This document shows positions 1 through 14,162 of a stretch of DNA of 64,000 bases, one piece after another. Positions within the stretch are counted from its first letter, which is position 1. The number at the start of each line of letters is the position of its first letter. The notes below the pieces were generated by a model, which was not told the origin of the DNA, did not search any database, and was given only the letters and a program-made list of their open reading frames with translations. Source of the stretch: Eledone cirrhosa (Eukaryota); NCBI GenBank assembly GCA_964016885.1, contig OZ024743.1, positions 328,910,001 through 328,974,000 of the forward strand, in the 5' to 3' direction. The translations under genes were made by a program, and so were the position numbers.

Positions 1-8
1 TTCATTTT

Positions 9-79
9 CACCTGACGAGACAGTGATAATCGATCATGGCCACACGATCGATCTATCTCTTATTGAAACATATGTCGTA
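9..79 (+). ncRNA. Type I hammerhead ribozyme motif (Penelope/retrozyme type), stem I partly degenerate
   Basis: CTGACGA at 12-18, long stem II containing ATCGATC..GATCGAT, GAAAC-ATAT-GTC at 65-76 (palindromic stem III ACATATGT, GUC triplet). TCATTTT/AAAATGA can extend stem I. Confidence 0.6.
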
Positions 80-266
80 ATTAAAATGATTGGAATTTTA
101 TGCCATGCCTTCGGATTTTTATTTTGATACAAATACTCCGTTTAACATCATCTAGCTGTTCCCATAAATGGAATTGGAGATAGACAAAAGCGTGGAGAAT
201 TTAATATTGGTAACAAAAATTTATTGGACCGTATGACACAACCAATAATACACCTTACTATATAAC

Positions 267-320
<54 letters not shown>

Positions 321-804
321 TAAAGAAACGAAAAATCAGTGATGCATCTGGACTCAATTTATTGCGTGTTACAATTGTTTGGCCGGCATGTAGCTCGAGA
401 CATGTCCCTGTGTGGATCTGACTGATTCTACGGCTGCAGGTTCCTTCAGACACGGGTAGTTCGTTCGGAGCAAACTTTATCACTTTATCACTGGGGTGTT
501 ATCATAAAAAAACACCCTCAAAAAACCTCTTCCACTCTTGTCATGCCATTGGCTGTTGCTACTCCACGTCATCTTAATTTCTGGTCACTATTTACCGCCA
601 CACGGGTCATCAGCCATTTTCCGTCCGACACACTTCAATGGAGTCATGCTGGGTTCAGTATCTCACACGTCTGTTCACACTCCAGAGCAAGCACCCACAC
701 ACACATATACACACAGGCAGAAACAGACACATGCGTACATATACACACGCACACATGCGTAGACCCCCCCCCCCCCATATATATATATTGCTCTATCTAT
801 CATA

Positions 805-995
805 TAATTATTTCTACTTTTGGCACAAGGCCAGCAATTATCTCAGTACATTACTGGTACTTCATTTTATCGACCCCGTAAGGATGAAAGGCAAAGATAA
901 CCTCGGCGGGAATTGAACTCAAACCATAAAGGGCCGTAACTCTTTGCTGCAAAGCATGGCGTCCGACCCTCTACCGATACTGCCAATCCACCGCC
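805..995 (-). mobile_element. tRNA-derived SINE (family A, Nin/Deu-like central domain), full length
   Basis: Reverse complement of GGCGGTGGATTGGCAGTATCGGTAGAGG..GAGTTCAA..TTTGCCTTTCATCCTTACGGGGTCGATAAAAT.AAGTACCAG..GTGCCAAAAGTAGAAA. 14-bp TSD TCTATCATATAATT at 796-809 and 997-1010. Confidence 0.9.
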
Positions 996-1296
996 CTCTA
1001 TCATATAATTGTAACCCCATCTATGTTATATTCTCAGCCTTATTCTTAAAGTAGTTTATCTCCTTCCTACTGATATAGTTCAGTCATTGAAACTTTGTAG
1101 TCACTTAACCTTTATTTTAATTATAGATATATTTATTACTGTTTTATGCTTCCATAAATTTTAGCGCCCATTTAGTATATTCTAATATTTTTATAACTTC
1201 ATTTACTGAGTTATAATAGACATCATAATTTCCCATTAGTATAAATGTAGCTCTATTTTAGTGTGTTATCTATCAGAAAGATATATTATAGTCTGT

Positions 1297-1570
<274 letters not shown>

Positions 1571-1961
1571 ACTGAACATAAATACTTCATCGTGTAAGTA
1601 ATTTTAGCCTTCCATAATTTTAATGTTTTTTCCCTATAATATTTAAACATAATTATTCACACCGGTTTATTTTTCTTCCACCGGGACTTTAAAACATGTA
1701 GGGTAAATTATTTATATCTAATTGAATCTGATGAGCTGTTAAATGCTTCAATAATAATTCTTGTATAAACTTTCGTTTTACTTCCACCAAGCGTGAATCT
1801 AATATAACTTTGTACAATTGGCTCCTGTGTTTTGTTTGTTACGCCAGCACCAACAGTTTTGCAAAAGATTTTAACATGAATGGACGTGTTATTTTTATCT
1901 AAAGACATTTTTTCCGATTCCAATACGCCCGGTCCTTCAATCTATCTTATTTCTCATTCTT

Positions 1962-1997
1962 TCTTCTGATGAAGGACTAGCGTCCGAAACGTTAAGA
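1962..1997 (+). ncRNA. Minimal type I hammerhead ribozyme in a Penelope-type pLTR fragment (about 1945-2088)
   Basis: TCTT-CTGATGA-A-GGAC(TAGC)GTCC-GAAAC-GTT-AAGA. Stem I TCTT/AAGA, stem II GGAC/GTCC, loopless palindromic stem III ACGT, GUU triplet. Confidence 0.75.
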
Positions 1998-2139
1998 CTC
2001 TCTTCCTGCGATATCAAGCGTTAACCTAATATATCCCTTCCATATACTGTACCGATTGTGTTGTTATTTCTGTTTACCTATTTCTACAAGTACATAGTGC
2101 CTGTTGAAGTATTCATCCACTTTTATAATATATATATAA

Positions 2140-2227
<88 letters not shown>

Positions 2228-2311
2228 GGTAACCAAAAATAACAAAAAAAAAAGAGAAACGGCACATGAAAGAACTATATTAGTTTAACGCCTAAAATAG
2301 CAGGAAGAGAG

Positions 2312-2347
2312 TCTTAACATTTCGAACACTAGTCCTTCATCAGAAGA
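2312..2347 (-). ncRNA. Degenerate hammerhead, same family as 1962-1997, in an inverted pLTR fragment (about 2221-2370)
   Basis: Reverse complement reads TCTT-CTGATGA-AGGAC-TAGT-GTTC-GAAAT-GTT-AAGACTCTCTTCCTGC, matching the + strand copy. Confidence 0.6.
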
Positions 2348-2883
2348 TGGAGTTAGAAATAGAAGATAAATAGGAAGTAAAGGGTGATAAGAGGAAGGAA
2401 CGGGCAAAAATGAGAAAAAAAATTAGGGAGAAAAACGCCACAGGTGCAGTTTGCTTCTTAAAGAAGATGACGTCACATTTATTCCCCTTTGGTGGTTATA
2501 ATCTAAGCCAGAGGGATCTGATGTCATCAGATATTGTCCAACGTCCATTGGTTGTTTCAATCCTTAACCGAAACACCCTCTCATTGGTGGGTCAGCAATG
2601 GTGGACAAATAGCTGCTTATCTTCTCTTCGTTTCCTACTTATCTCTTCTCTCCTGCTCACCAACAAGAGGCTCTATCTACTGCCTCCCCAATCCCGTGAG
2701 CTGCTACCTTCTTCTAACTCCCTGTTAATCCAATCGCAGTGAACCTCCTCCATACCGATTAAGTCAGAAATCGCCTTAAGTCTATTTCAACTAGAAATAG
2801 CCATGCCTGCCATTCGTTCTCCCTGTAACTATAGTGCAACTTCTGGCTACTTTTTTACTCAATGACATGGACGCATTATTCTT

Positions 2884-2970
2884 GACTTTCATCCTTAAGG
2901 GGTCGATAAAATAAAGTACCAGTAATGTACTGGGTAATTGGTGGCCTTGTGCCAAAAGTAGAAACAATTA
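2884..2970 (+). mobile_element. 5'-truncated SINE family A
   Basis: CTTTTCATCCTTAAGGGGTCGATAAAATAAAGTACCAG..GTGCCAAAAGTAGAAACAATTA. Confidence 0.85.
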
Positions 2971-3045
2971 GTCTTCTCATAAGAGTGCTAGTTCAATCAG
3001 GATTATCTCCTTTACCTCGTTAGATGACAGAATAACTTCTGCATC

Positions 3046-6000
3046 AGAACCGCATTTGGCTTAGAGCCGCATCTGCCCTGGAACCACATCTGGCTTAGAA
3101 CTACATCTGGCCTAGAAACACATCTGGCTGAAAACCACATCTGGCCTAGAACCACATCTAGCCTAGAACCACATCTGGCTTAGAACCACATCTGGCTTAG
3201 AACCGGATCTAGCCTAGAACCACATCTAGCCTAGAACCACATCTGGCTTGGAACCACATCTGGCTTAGAACCGGATCTAGCCTAGAACAACATCTAGCCT
3301 AGAACCACATCTGGCTTAGAACAACATCTAGCCTGGAACCACAGCTGGCTTAGAACCACATATGGCTTAGAACCACATCTAGCCTAGAACCACATCTAGC
3401 CTAGAACCACATCTAGCCTAGAACCACATCTAGCATAGAACCACATCTGGCCTAGAACCACATCTAACGTATAACCACATCTAGCCTAGAACCACATCTA
3501 GCCTAGAACCACATCTGACTCAGATCCACATCTGGTTAGAACCACACCTAGCCTAGAACCACATCTGGCTTAGAACCACATCTAGCCGAGAACCCCATCT
3601 AGATTAGAACTACAACTAGCAAAGAACCACATCTGGCTTAGAACCACATCTAGCCTAGAACCACATCTAGCCTAGAACCACGTCTGGCTTAGAACCACAT
3701 CTGGCTTAGAACCACATCTAGCCGAGAACCCCATCTAGATTAGAACTACAACTAGCAAAGAACCACATCTGGCTTAGAACCACATCTAGCCTAGAACCAC
3801 ATCTAGCCTAGAACCACGTCTGGCTTAGAACCACATCTGGCTTAGAACCACATCTAGCCGAGAACCCCATCTAGATTAGAACTACAACTAGCAAAGAACC
3901 ACATCTGGCTTAGAACCACATCTAGCCTAGAACCACATCTAGCCTAGAACCACGTCTGGCTTAGAACCACATCTGGCTTAGAACCACATCTAGCCGAGAA
4001 CCCCATCTAGATTAGAACTACAACTAGCCTAGAACCCCATCTAGATTAGAACCACATCTAGCCGAGAACCCCATCTAGATTAGAACCACATCTAGCCGAG
4101 AACCCCATCTAGATTAGAACTACAACTAGCCTAGAACCACATCTGGCTTAGAACCACATCTAGCCTGGAACCACAATCTAGCTTAGAACCACATCTAGCC
4201 TAGAACCACATCTAGCCTAGAACCAAATCTAGCCTAGAACCCCATCTAGCTTAGAACCACATATAGCCTAGTACCACATCTGGCCTCGAACCACATCTAG
4301 CCTAGAACCTCATCTGGCCTAGGACCACATCTGGCCTAGAACCGCATCTGGTCTAGAACCACATCTAGCCTAGAACCACATCTGGCCTACAATCAAATCT
4401 GGCTTAGAACCACATCTAGCCTAGAACCACATCTAGTCTAGAACCACATGTGGATTAGAACCACATCTAGCCTAAAACCACATCTATCCCAGAACCACAT
4501 CTGGCATAGAACCACATCTAACCTAGAACCACATCTGGCTTAGAACCACATCTGGCTTAGAACCACATTTGGCTTTGAACCACATTTGGATTAGAACCAC
4601 ATCTAGCCTAGAACTACATCTAGCCTAGAACCATATCTGGCCTAGAACCACATCTGGCTCAGAAATTCATCTAGCCTAGGACCACATCTGATTTAGAACA
4701 ACATCTGACTTAGAACCACATCTAGCCTAGAATCACATGTAGCCTAGAACCACATATAGCCTAGAACCACATCTAGCCTAGAACCACATATAGCCTAGAA
4801 CCACATCTAGCCTAGAACCACATCTGGCTGAGAACCACATCTAGCCTAGAACTACATCTAGCCTAGAACCACATCTAGCTGAGAACCACATCTAGCCTAG
4901 AACCACATCTAGCTTAGAACCACATCTAGCCTAGAACCACATCAGGCTCAAAACCACATTTGGTCTACAAGCACATCGAGCCTAGAACCACATCTGGACT
5001 ACTAGAACCACATCTAGTCTAGAACCACATCTAGCCTAGAACCACATCTAGCCTAGAAACACATCTAGCTTAGAACCACATCGAGCCTAGAACCACATCT
5101 AGCCTAGAAACACATCTAGCTTAGAACCACATCTAGCCTAGAACCACATCTAGCCTAGAGCCATATCTGGCCTAGAACCACATCTGGCTCAGAACCACAT
5201 CTACCCTAGAACCGCATCTGGCTCAGAACCACATCTACCCTAGAACCGCATCTGGCGTAGAACCACATCTAGCCTAGAACTTAATCTGGCCTAGAACGAC
5301 ATCTGGCCTAGAACGACATCTAGCCTAGAACCACATCCGGTCTCCAACTACATCTGGCCTAGAACCACATCTGGCCTAGGAAGATATCTAGCCGAGAACC
5401 ACATCTGGCTCAGAACCACATCTAGCCTAGAACCACATCTTGCTCAGAACCACATTTGGCCTAGAACCACATCTGGCCTCGAACCACATCTGGCCTAGAA
5501 CCCCATTTGGCTCAGAACCACATCTTGCCTAGAACCACATCTGGCCTAGAACCACATCTGGCCTAGAACCACATTTGGCCCAGAACCACATCTAGCCTAG
5601 AACCTCATCTGGCCTAGGACCACATCAGGCCTAGAACCGCATCTGGTCTAGAACCACATCTAGCCTAGAACCACATCTGGCCTACAACCAAATCTGGCTT
5701 AGAACTACATCTAGCCTAGAACCACATCTAGTCTAGAACCACATGTGGATTAGAACCACATCTAGCCTAAAACCACATCTAGCCCAGAACCACATCTGGC
5801 ATAGAACCACATCTAACCTAGAACCGCATCTGGCTCAGAACCACATCTGGCTTAGAACCACATTTGGCTTAGAACCACATCTAGCCTAGAACCACATCTA
5901 GTCTAGAACCACATCTAGCCTAGAACCACATCTGGCCTAGAACCTCATTTGGCTCAGAACCACATCTTGCCTAGAACCACATCTGGCCTAGAACCACATC

Positions 6001-9000
6001 TGGCTCAGAACCACATCTAACCTAGAACCGCATCTGGCTCAGAACCACATCTTGCTCAGAACCACATTTGGCTTAGAACCACATTTGGCTTAGAACCACA
6101 TCTAGCCTAGAACCACATCTAGTCTAGAACCACATCTAGCCTAGAACCACATCTGGCCTAGAACCCCATTTGGCTCAGAACCACATCTTGCCTAGAACCA
6201 CATCTGGCCTAGAACCACATCTGGCTCAGAACCACATCTAACCTAGAACCACATCTTGCTCAGAACCACATTTGGCTTAGAACCACATCTAGCCTAGAAC
6301 TTCATCTGGCCTAGAACGACATCTGGCCTAGAACGACATCTAGCCTAGAACCACATCCGGTCTCCAACCACATCTGGCCTAGAACCACATCTGGCCTAGG
6401 AAGATATCTAGCCGAGAACCACATCTGGCTCAGAACCACATCTAGCCTAGAACCACATCTTGCTCAGAACCACATTTGGCACAGAACCACATCTTGCCTA
6501 GAACCACATCTGGCCTAGAACCACATCTGGCTCAGAACCACATCTAGCTCAGAAACACATCTGGCCTAGAACCACATCTTGCTCAGAACCACATTTGGCC
6601 TAGAACCACATCTGGCCTAGAACCACATTTGGCCCAGAACCACATCTAGCCTAGAACCTCATCTGGCCTAGGACCACATCTGGCCTAGAACCGCATCTGG
6701 TCTAGAGCCACATCTAGCCTAGAACCACACCTAGCCTAGAACCACATCTGGCTTAGAACCACATCTAGCCGAGAACCCCATCTAGATTAGAACTACAACT
6801 AGCAAAGAACCACATCTGGCTTAGAACCACATCTAGCCTAGAACCACATCTAGCCTAGAACCACGTCTGGCTTAGAACCACATCTGGCTTAGAACCACAT
6901 CTAGCCGAGAACCCCATCTAGATTAGAACTACAACTAGCAAAGAACCACATCTGGCTTAGAACCACATCTAGCCTAGAACCACATCTAGCCTAGAACCAC
7001 GTCTGGCTTAGAACCACATCTGGCTTAGAACCACATCTAGCCGAGAACCCCATCTAGATTAGAACTACAACTAGCAAAGAACCACATCTGGCTTAGAACC
7101 ACATCTAGCCTAGAACCACATCTAGCCTAGAACCACGTCTGGCTTAGAACCACATCTGGCTTAGAACCACATCTAGCCGAGAACCCCATCTAGATTAGAA
7201 CTACAACTAGCCTAGAACCCCATCTAGATTAGAACCACATCTAGCCGAGAACCCCATCTAGATTAGAACCACATCTAGCCGAGAACCCCATCTAGATTAG
7301 AACTACAACTAGCCTAGAACCACATCTGGCTTAGAACCACATCTAGCCTGGAACCACAATCTAGCTTAGAACCACATCTAGCCTAGAACCACATCTAGCC
7401 TAGAACCAAATCTAGCCTAGAACCCCATCTAGCTTAGAACCACATATAGCCTAGTACCACATCTGGCCTCGAACCACATCTAGCCTAGAACCTCATCTGG
7501 CCTAGGACCACATCTGGCCTAGAACCGCATCTGGTCTAGAACCACATCTAGCCTAGAACCACATCTGGCCTACAATCAAATCTGGCTTAGAACCACATCT
7601 AGCCTAGAACCACATCTAGTCTAGAACCACATGTGGATTAGAACCACATCTAGCCTAAAACCACATCTATCCCAGAACCACATCTGGCATAGAACCACAT
7701 CTAACCTAGAACCACATCTGGCTTAGAACCACATCTGGCTTAGAACCACATTTGGCTTTGAACCACATTTGGATTAGAACCACATCTAGCCTAGAACTAC
7801 ATCTAGCCTAGAACCATATCTGGCCTAGAACCACATCTGGCTCAGAAATTCATCTAGCCTAGGACCACATCTGATTTAGAACAACATCTGACTTAGAACC
7901 ACATCTAGCCTAGAATCACATGTAGCCTAGAACCACATATAGCCTAGAACCACATCTAGCCTAGAACCACATATAGCCTAGAACCACATCTAGCCTAGAA
8001 CCACATCTGGCTGAGAACCACATCTAGCCTAGAACTACATCTAGCCTAGAACCACATCTAGCTGAGAACCACATCTAGCCTAGAACCACATCTAGCTTAG
8101 AACCACATCTAGCCTAGAACCACATCAGGCTCAAAACCACATTTGGTCTACAAGCACATCGAGCCTAGAACCACATCTGGACTACTAGAACCACATCTAG
8201 TCTAGAACCACATCTAGCCTAGAACCACATCTAGCCTAGAAACACATCTAGCTTAGAACCACATCGAGCCTAGAACCACATCTAGCCTAGAAACACATCT
8301 AGCTTAGAACCACATCTAGCCTAGAACCACATCTAGCCTAGAGCCATATCTGGCCTAGAACCACATCTGGCTCAGAACCACATCTACCCTAGAACCGCAT
8401 CTGGCTCAGAACCACATCTACCCTAGAACCGCATCTGGCGTAGAACCACATCTAGCCTAGAACTTAATCTGGCCTAGAACGACATCTGGCCTAGAACGAC
8501 ATCTAGCCTAGAACCACATCCGGTCTCCAACTACATCTGGCCTAGAACCACATCTGGCCTAGGAAGATATCTAGCCGAGAACCACATCTGGCTCAGAACC
8601 ACATCTAGCCTAGAACCACATCTTGCTCAGAACCACATTTGGCCTAGAACCACATCTGGCCTCGAACCACATCTGGCCTAGAACCCCATTTGGCTCAGAA
8701 CCACATCTTGCCTAGAACCACATCTGGCCTAGAACCACATCTGGCCTAGAACCACATTTGGCCCAGAACCACATCTAGCCTAGAACCTCATCTGGCCTAG
8801 GACCACATCAGGCCTAGAACCGCATCTGGTCTAGAACCACGTCTAGCCTAGAACCACATCTGGCCTACAACCAAATCTGGCTTAGAACTACATCTAGCCT
8901 AGAACCACATCTAGTCTAGAACCACATGTGGATTAGAACCACATCTAGCCTAAAACCACATCTAGCCCAGAACCACATCTGGCATAGAACCACATCTAAC

Positions 9001-11565
9001 CTAGAACCGCATCTGGCTCAGAACCACATCTGGCTTAGAACCACATTTGGCTTAGAACCACATCTAGCCTAGAACCACATCTAGTCTAGAACCACATCTA
9101 GCCTAGAACCACATCTGGCCTAGAACCTCATTTGGCTCAGAACCACATCTTGCCTAGAACCACATCTGGCCTAGAACCACATCTGGCTCAGAACCACATC
9201 TAACCTAGAACCGCATCTGGCTCAGAACCACATCTTGCTCAGAACCACATTTGGCTTAGAACCACATTTGGCTTAGAACCACATCTAGCCTAGAACCACA
9301 TCTAGTCTAGAACCACATCTAGCCTAGAACCACATCTGGCCTAGAACCCCATTTGGCTCAGAACCACATCTTGCCTAGAACCACATCTGGCCTAGAACCA
9401 CATCTGGCTCAGAACCACATCTAACCTAGAACCACATCTTGCTCAGAACCACATTTGGCTTAGAACCACATCTAGCCTAGAACTTCATCTGGCCTAGAAC
9501 GACATCTGGCCTAGAACGACATCTAGCCTAGAACCACATCCGGTCTCCAACCACATCTGGCCTAGAACCACATCTGGCCTAGGAAGATATCTAGCCGAGA
9601 ACCACATCTGGCTCAGAACCACATCTAGCCTAGAACCACATCTTGCTCAGAACCACATTTGGCACAGAACCACATCTTGCCTAGAACCACATCTGGCCTA
9701 GAACCACATCTGGCTCAGAACCACATCTAGCTCAGAAACACATCTGGCCTAGAACCACATCTTGCTCAGAACCACATTTGGCCTAGAACCACATCTGGCC
9801 TAGAACCACATTTGGCCCAGAACCACATCTAGCCTAGAACCTCATCTGGCCTAGGACCACATCTGGCCTAGAACCGCATCTGGTCTAGAGCCACATCTAG
9901 CCTAGAACCACATCTAGTCTAGAACCACATGTGGATTAGAACCACATCTGGCCTACAACCAAATCTGGCTTAGAACCACATCTAGCCTAGAACCACATCT
10001 AGTCTAGAACCACATGTGGATTAGAACCACATCTAGCCTAAAACCACATCTAGCCCAGAACCACATCTGGCATAGAACCACATCTAACCTAGAACCGCAT
10101 CTGGCTCAGAACCACATCTGGCTTAGAACCACATTTGGCTTAGAACCACATCTAGCCTAGAACCACATCTAGTCTAGAACCACATGTGGATTAGAACCAC
10201 ATCTAGCCTAAAACCACATCTAGCCCAGAACCACATCTGGCATAGAACCACATCTAACCTAGAACCACATCTGGCTTAGAACCACATCTGGCTTAGAACC
10301 ACATTTGGCTTTGAACCACATTTGGATTAGAACCACATCTAGCCTAGAACTACATCTAGCCTAGAACCATATCTGGCCTAGAACCACATCTGGCTCAGAA
10401 ATTCATCTAGCCTAGGACCACATCTGATTTAGAACAACATCTGACTTAGAACCACATCTAGCCTAGAATCACATGTAGCCTAGAACCACATATAGCCTAG
10501 AACCACATCTAGCCTAGAACCACATCTGGCTGAGAACCACATCTAGCCTAGAACTACATCTAGCCTAGAACCACATCTAGCTGAGAACCACATCTAGCCT
10601 AGAACCACATCTAGCTTAGAACCACATCTAGCCTAGAACCACATCAGGCTGAAAACCACATTTGGTCTACAAGCACATCGAGCCTAGAACCACATCTGGA
10701 CTACTAGAACCACATCTAGTCTAGAACCACATCTAGCCTAGAACCACATCTAGCCTAGAAACACATCTAGCTTAGAACCACATCGAGCCTAGAACCACAT
10801 TTGGCTTAGAACCACATCTAGCCTAGAACCACATCTAGCCCAGAGCCATATCTGGCCTAGAACCACATCTGGCTCAGAACCACATCTACCCTAGAACCGC
10901 ATCTGGCTCAGAACCACATCTACCCTAGAACCGCATCTGGCGTAGAACCACATCTAGCCTAGAACTTCATCTGGCCTAGAACGACATCTGGCCTAGAACG
11001 ACATCTAGCCTAGAACCACATCCGGTCTCCAACCACATCTGGCCTAGAACCACATCTGGCCTAGGAAGATATCTAGCCGAGAACCACATCTGGCTCAGAA
11101 CCACATCTAGCCTAGAACCACATCTTGCTCAGAACCACATTTGGCCTAGAACCACATCTGGCCTCGAACCACATCTGGCCTAGAACCCCATTTGGCTCAG
11201 AACCACATCTTGCCTAGAACCACATCTGGCCTAGAACCACATCTGGCTCAGAACCACATCTAGCTCAGAAACACATCTGGCCTAGAACCACATCTTGCTC
11301 AGAACCACATTTGGCCTAGAACCACATCTGGCCTAGAACCACATTTGGCCCAGAACCACATCTAGCCTAGAACGACATCTAGCCTAGAACCACTTCCACC
11401 CAGAACCGCATCTGGCCTAGAACTGCATCTGGCCTAGAGCCGCATCTGGCCTAGAGCCGCACCTGATCCAGAACCACATCTGGCCTAGAACTGCATCTGG
11501 CCTAGAACCGCATCTGGCCTAAACCGCACCTGATCCAGAACCACATCTGGCATAGAACCGTATCT
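3046..11565 (+). repeat. 17-bp satellite, consensus AGAACCACATCT(A/G)GCCT, about 500 units, with a 3183-bp higher-order duplication
   Basis: Tandem 17-mers. Rare variants recur at a fixed offset: ACCACACC at 3541/6724 and GGACTACTAG at 4996/8179. Confidence 0.97.
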
Positions 11566-11943
11566 GGGTGACCTGCAGGAGCTGTAATATTTTTTTACAT
11601 TAAAAAAATTAATAAGTACTTTGTTTCCGGAAGACGATTGCGCCGGATTTTTATTTCTGTTAGGTTTATGGCAAAAGTGTAAAGAAATGTGAATAATGAA
11701 TAATATATTAAACCGATGTTATTGGCTTTTGTCTTTGTCGTGTTGTATCTATACTATAGCATGTAATGTTCTACAGTAATGTAGGGGGCGACAATTTCTT
11801 TACACACAGTCTGTAATCGTTTGTAAAACTTTAAAATATTTACATTCTTTTATAATTCTGTTAGAACTTATGTTAATATATCTGATGACAAAATTATAGT
11901 TGATAAGGAATCAGAGACTATTAATGACGAATGTGTGTGTTTG

Positions 11944-11980
<37 letters not shown>

Positions 11981-11981
<1 letters not shown>

Positions 11982-12094
11982 AGTTGAAAAAAATGAAAAC
12001 GAAATTTCATTTCTCACTCTTAGTATGGCACTTACTTAAATGTAAGTATGTATGTATACGTACATACATATATGTATACAGACGTACAGTAGCA

Positions 12095-12182
<88 letters not shown>

Positions 12183-12610
12183 CAGGTACACATACATATA
12201 TGCACGCATCAGTTTAGCGGACGCTTATTATAACGCCGCTTTGTTCGTTTGTAAACAAACTGAACAGCCTGAATTTATGCCATACGGTGTTAAGGCAACC
12301 ACGTCACCTTTTTGTTCAACACTGACACAGGAACGATGTACTAGTTTCAAGCTTGTTAGCTATCATCAGCACCGTATACCCATCTGCCAGATAGTTGAAC
12401 GTTCGAAAGTATATACTTTCCTAATGAAAATTAACGGCTGAGCAGCCTAATTTGCATATTGAGTGAGTTAAATCGGTCAGGCATACCGAAAACGATAAGT
12501 TGAAAAAAATGAAAACAAAATTTCATTTCTCACTCTTAGTATGGCACTTACTTAAATGTAAGTATGCATGTATACGTACATACATATATGTATACAGACG
12601 TACAGTAGCA

Positions 12611-12696
<86 letters not shown>

Positions 12697-12880
12697 CAGG
12701 TACACATACATATATGCACGCATCAGTTTAGCGGACGCTTATTATAACGCCGCTTTGTTCGTTTGTAAACAAACTGAACAGCCTGAATTTATGCCATACG
12801 GTGTTAAGGCAACCACGTCACCTTTTTGTTCAACACTGACACAGGAACGATGTACTAGTTTCAAGCTTGTTAGCTATCAT
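11981..12880 (-). mobile_element. Non-autonomous HHR-bearing element (retrozyme/pLTR-like partial tandem, about 514-nt period); further copies at 13975-14347 and, diverged, 54170-54415
   Basis: AAGTTGAAAAAAATGAAAAC..GCTTGTTAGCTATCAT occurs at 11981 and about 12498, flanked by (TA)n, and contains a hammerhead on the minus strand. Confidence 0.7.
12334..12374 (-). ncRNA. Type I hammerhead ribozyme
   Basis: Reverse complement: CGGTG-CTGATGA-TAGCT-AACA-AGCTT-GAAAC-TA-GTA-CATCG. 5-bp stem I, palindromic stem III ACTAGT, GUA triplet; the first stem II pair is U-U. Confidence 0.72.
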
Positions 12881-13937
12881 ATATATATATTGCGCGGGCA
12901 CATGGAAATACCGTAAACCGGTTATATTGAATGAATTTCCTCATTGGATTAGAACCACATCTGGCTTACAACCACATCTAGCCTAGAACCACATCTAGCC
13001 TAGAACCACATTTTGGCCCAAGAACCACATCTTGCCTAGAACCACATATTGCCTAGAACCACATCTGGCCTAGAACCACATCTGGCTTAGAATCACATCT
13101 AGCCTAGAACCACATTTGGCCTAGATCCACATCTGGCTCAGAACCACATCTAGCCTACAACTACATCTGGCTCACAACCACATCTGGCCCAGAACCGCAT
13201 CTGGCCTAGAACTACAACGTGCCTAGAATCACACCTGTTCTAGAACCATATCTAGCCTAGAACCACATCTTGCCTAGAACCATATCTGGCCTAGAACTAC
13301 ATCTGGCCTAGAACCAACATCTGGCGTAGTACCACATCTGGCCCAGAACCACATATGGCCTAGAACCACATCTGAGCTAGAACCGCATCTGGTCTAGAAC
13401 TACAACTGGCTAGTACCACATCTGGCCTAGAACCGCATCTGGTCTAGAACCACATCTAGCCTAGAACCACATCTGGCCTAGAACAGCATCTGGCCTAGAG
13501 CCGCATTTGGCCTAGAGCCGCACCTGATCCAGAACCACATCTGGCATAGAACCGTATCTGGGTGACCTGCAGGAGCTGTAATATTTTTTTACATTAAAAA
13601 AATTAATAAGTACTTTGTTTCCGGAAGACGATTGCGCCGGATTTTTATTTCTGTTAGGTTTATGGCAAAAGTGTAAAGAAATGTGAATAATGAATAATAT
13701 ATTAAACCGATGTTATTGGCTTTTGTCTTTGTCGTGTTGTATCTATACTATAGCATGTAATGTTCTACAGTAATGTAGGGGGCGACAATTTCTTTACACA
13801 CAGTCTGTAATCGTTTGTAAAACTTTAAAATATTTACATTCTTTTATAATTCTGTTAGAACTTATGTTAATATATCTGATGACAAAATTATAGTTGATAA
13901 GGAATCAGAGACTATTAATGACGAATGTGTGTGTTTG

Positions 13938-13975
<38 letters not shown>

Positions 13976-14088
13976 AGTTGAAAAAAATGAAAACGAAATT
14001 TCATTTCTCACTCTTAGTATGGCACTTACTTAAATGTAAGTATGTATGTATACGTACATACATATATGTATACAGACGTACAGTAGCA

Positions 14089-14162
<74 letters not shown>

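Noticed and set aside
1727-1750. CTGATGAGC..GC possible hammerhead
   Set aside because: No GAAA follows the putative stem II.
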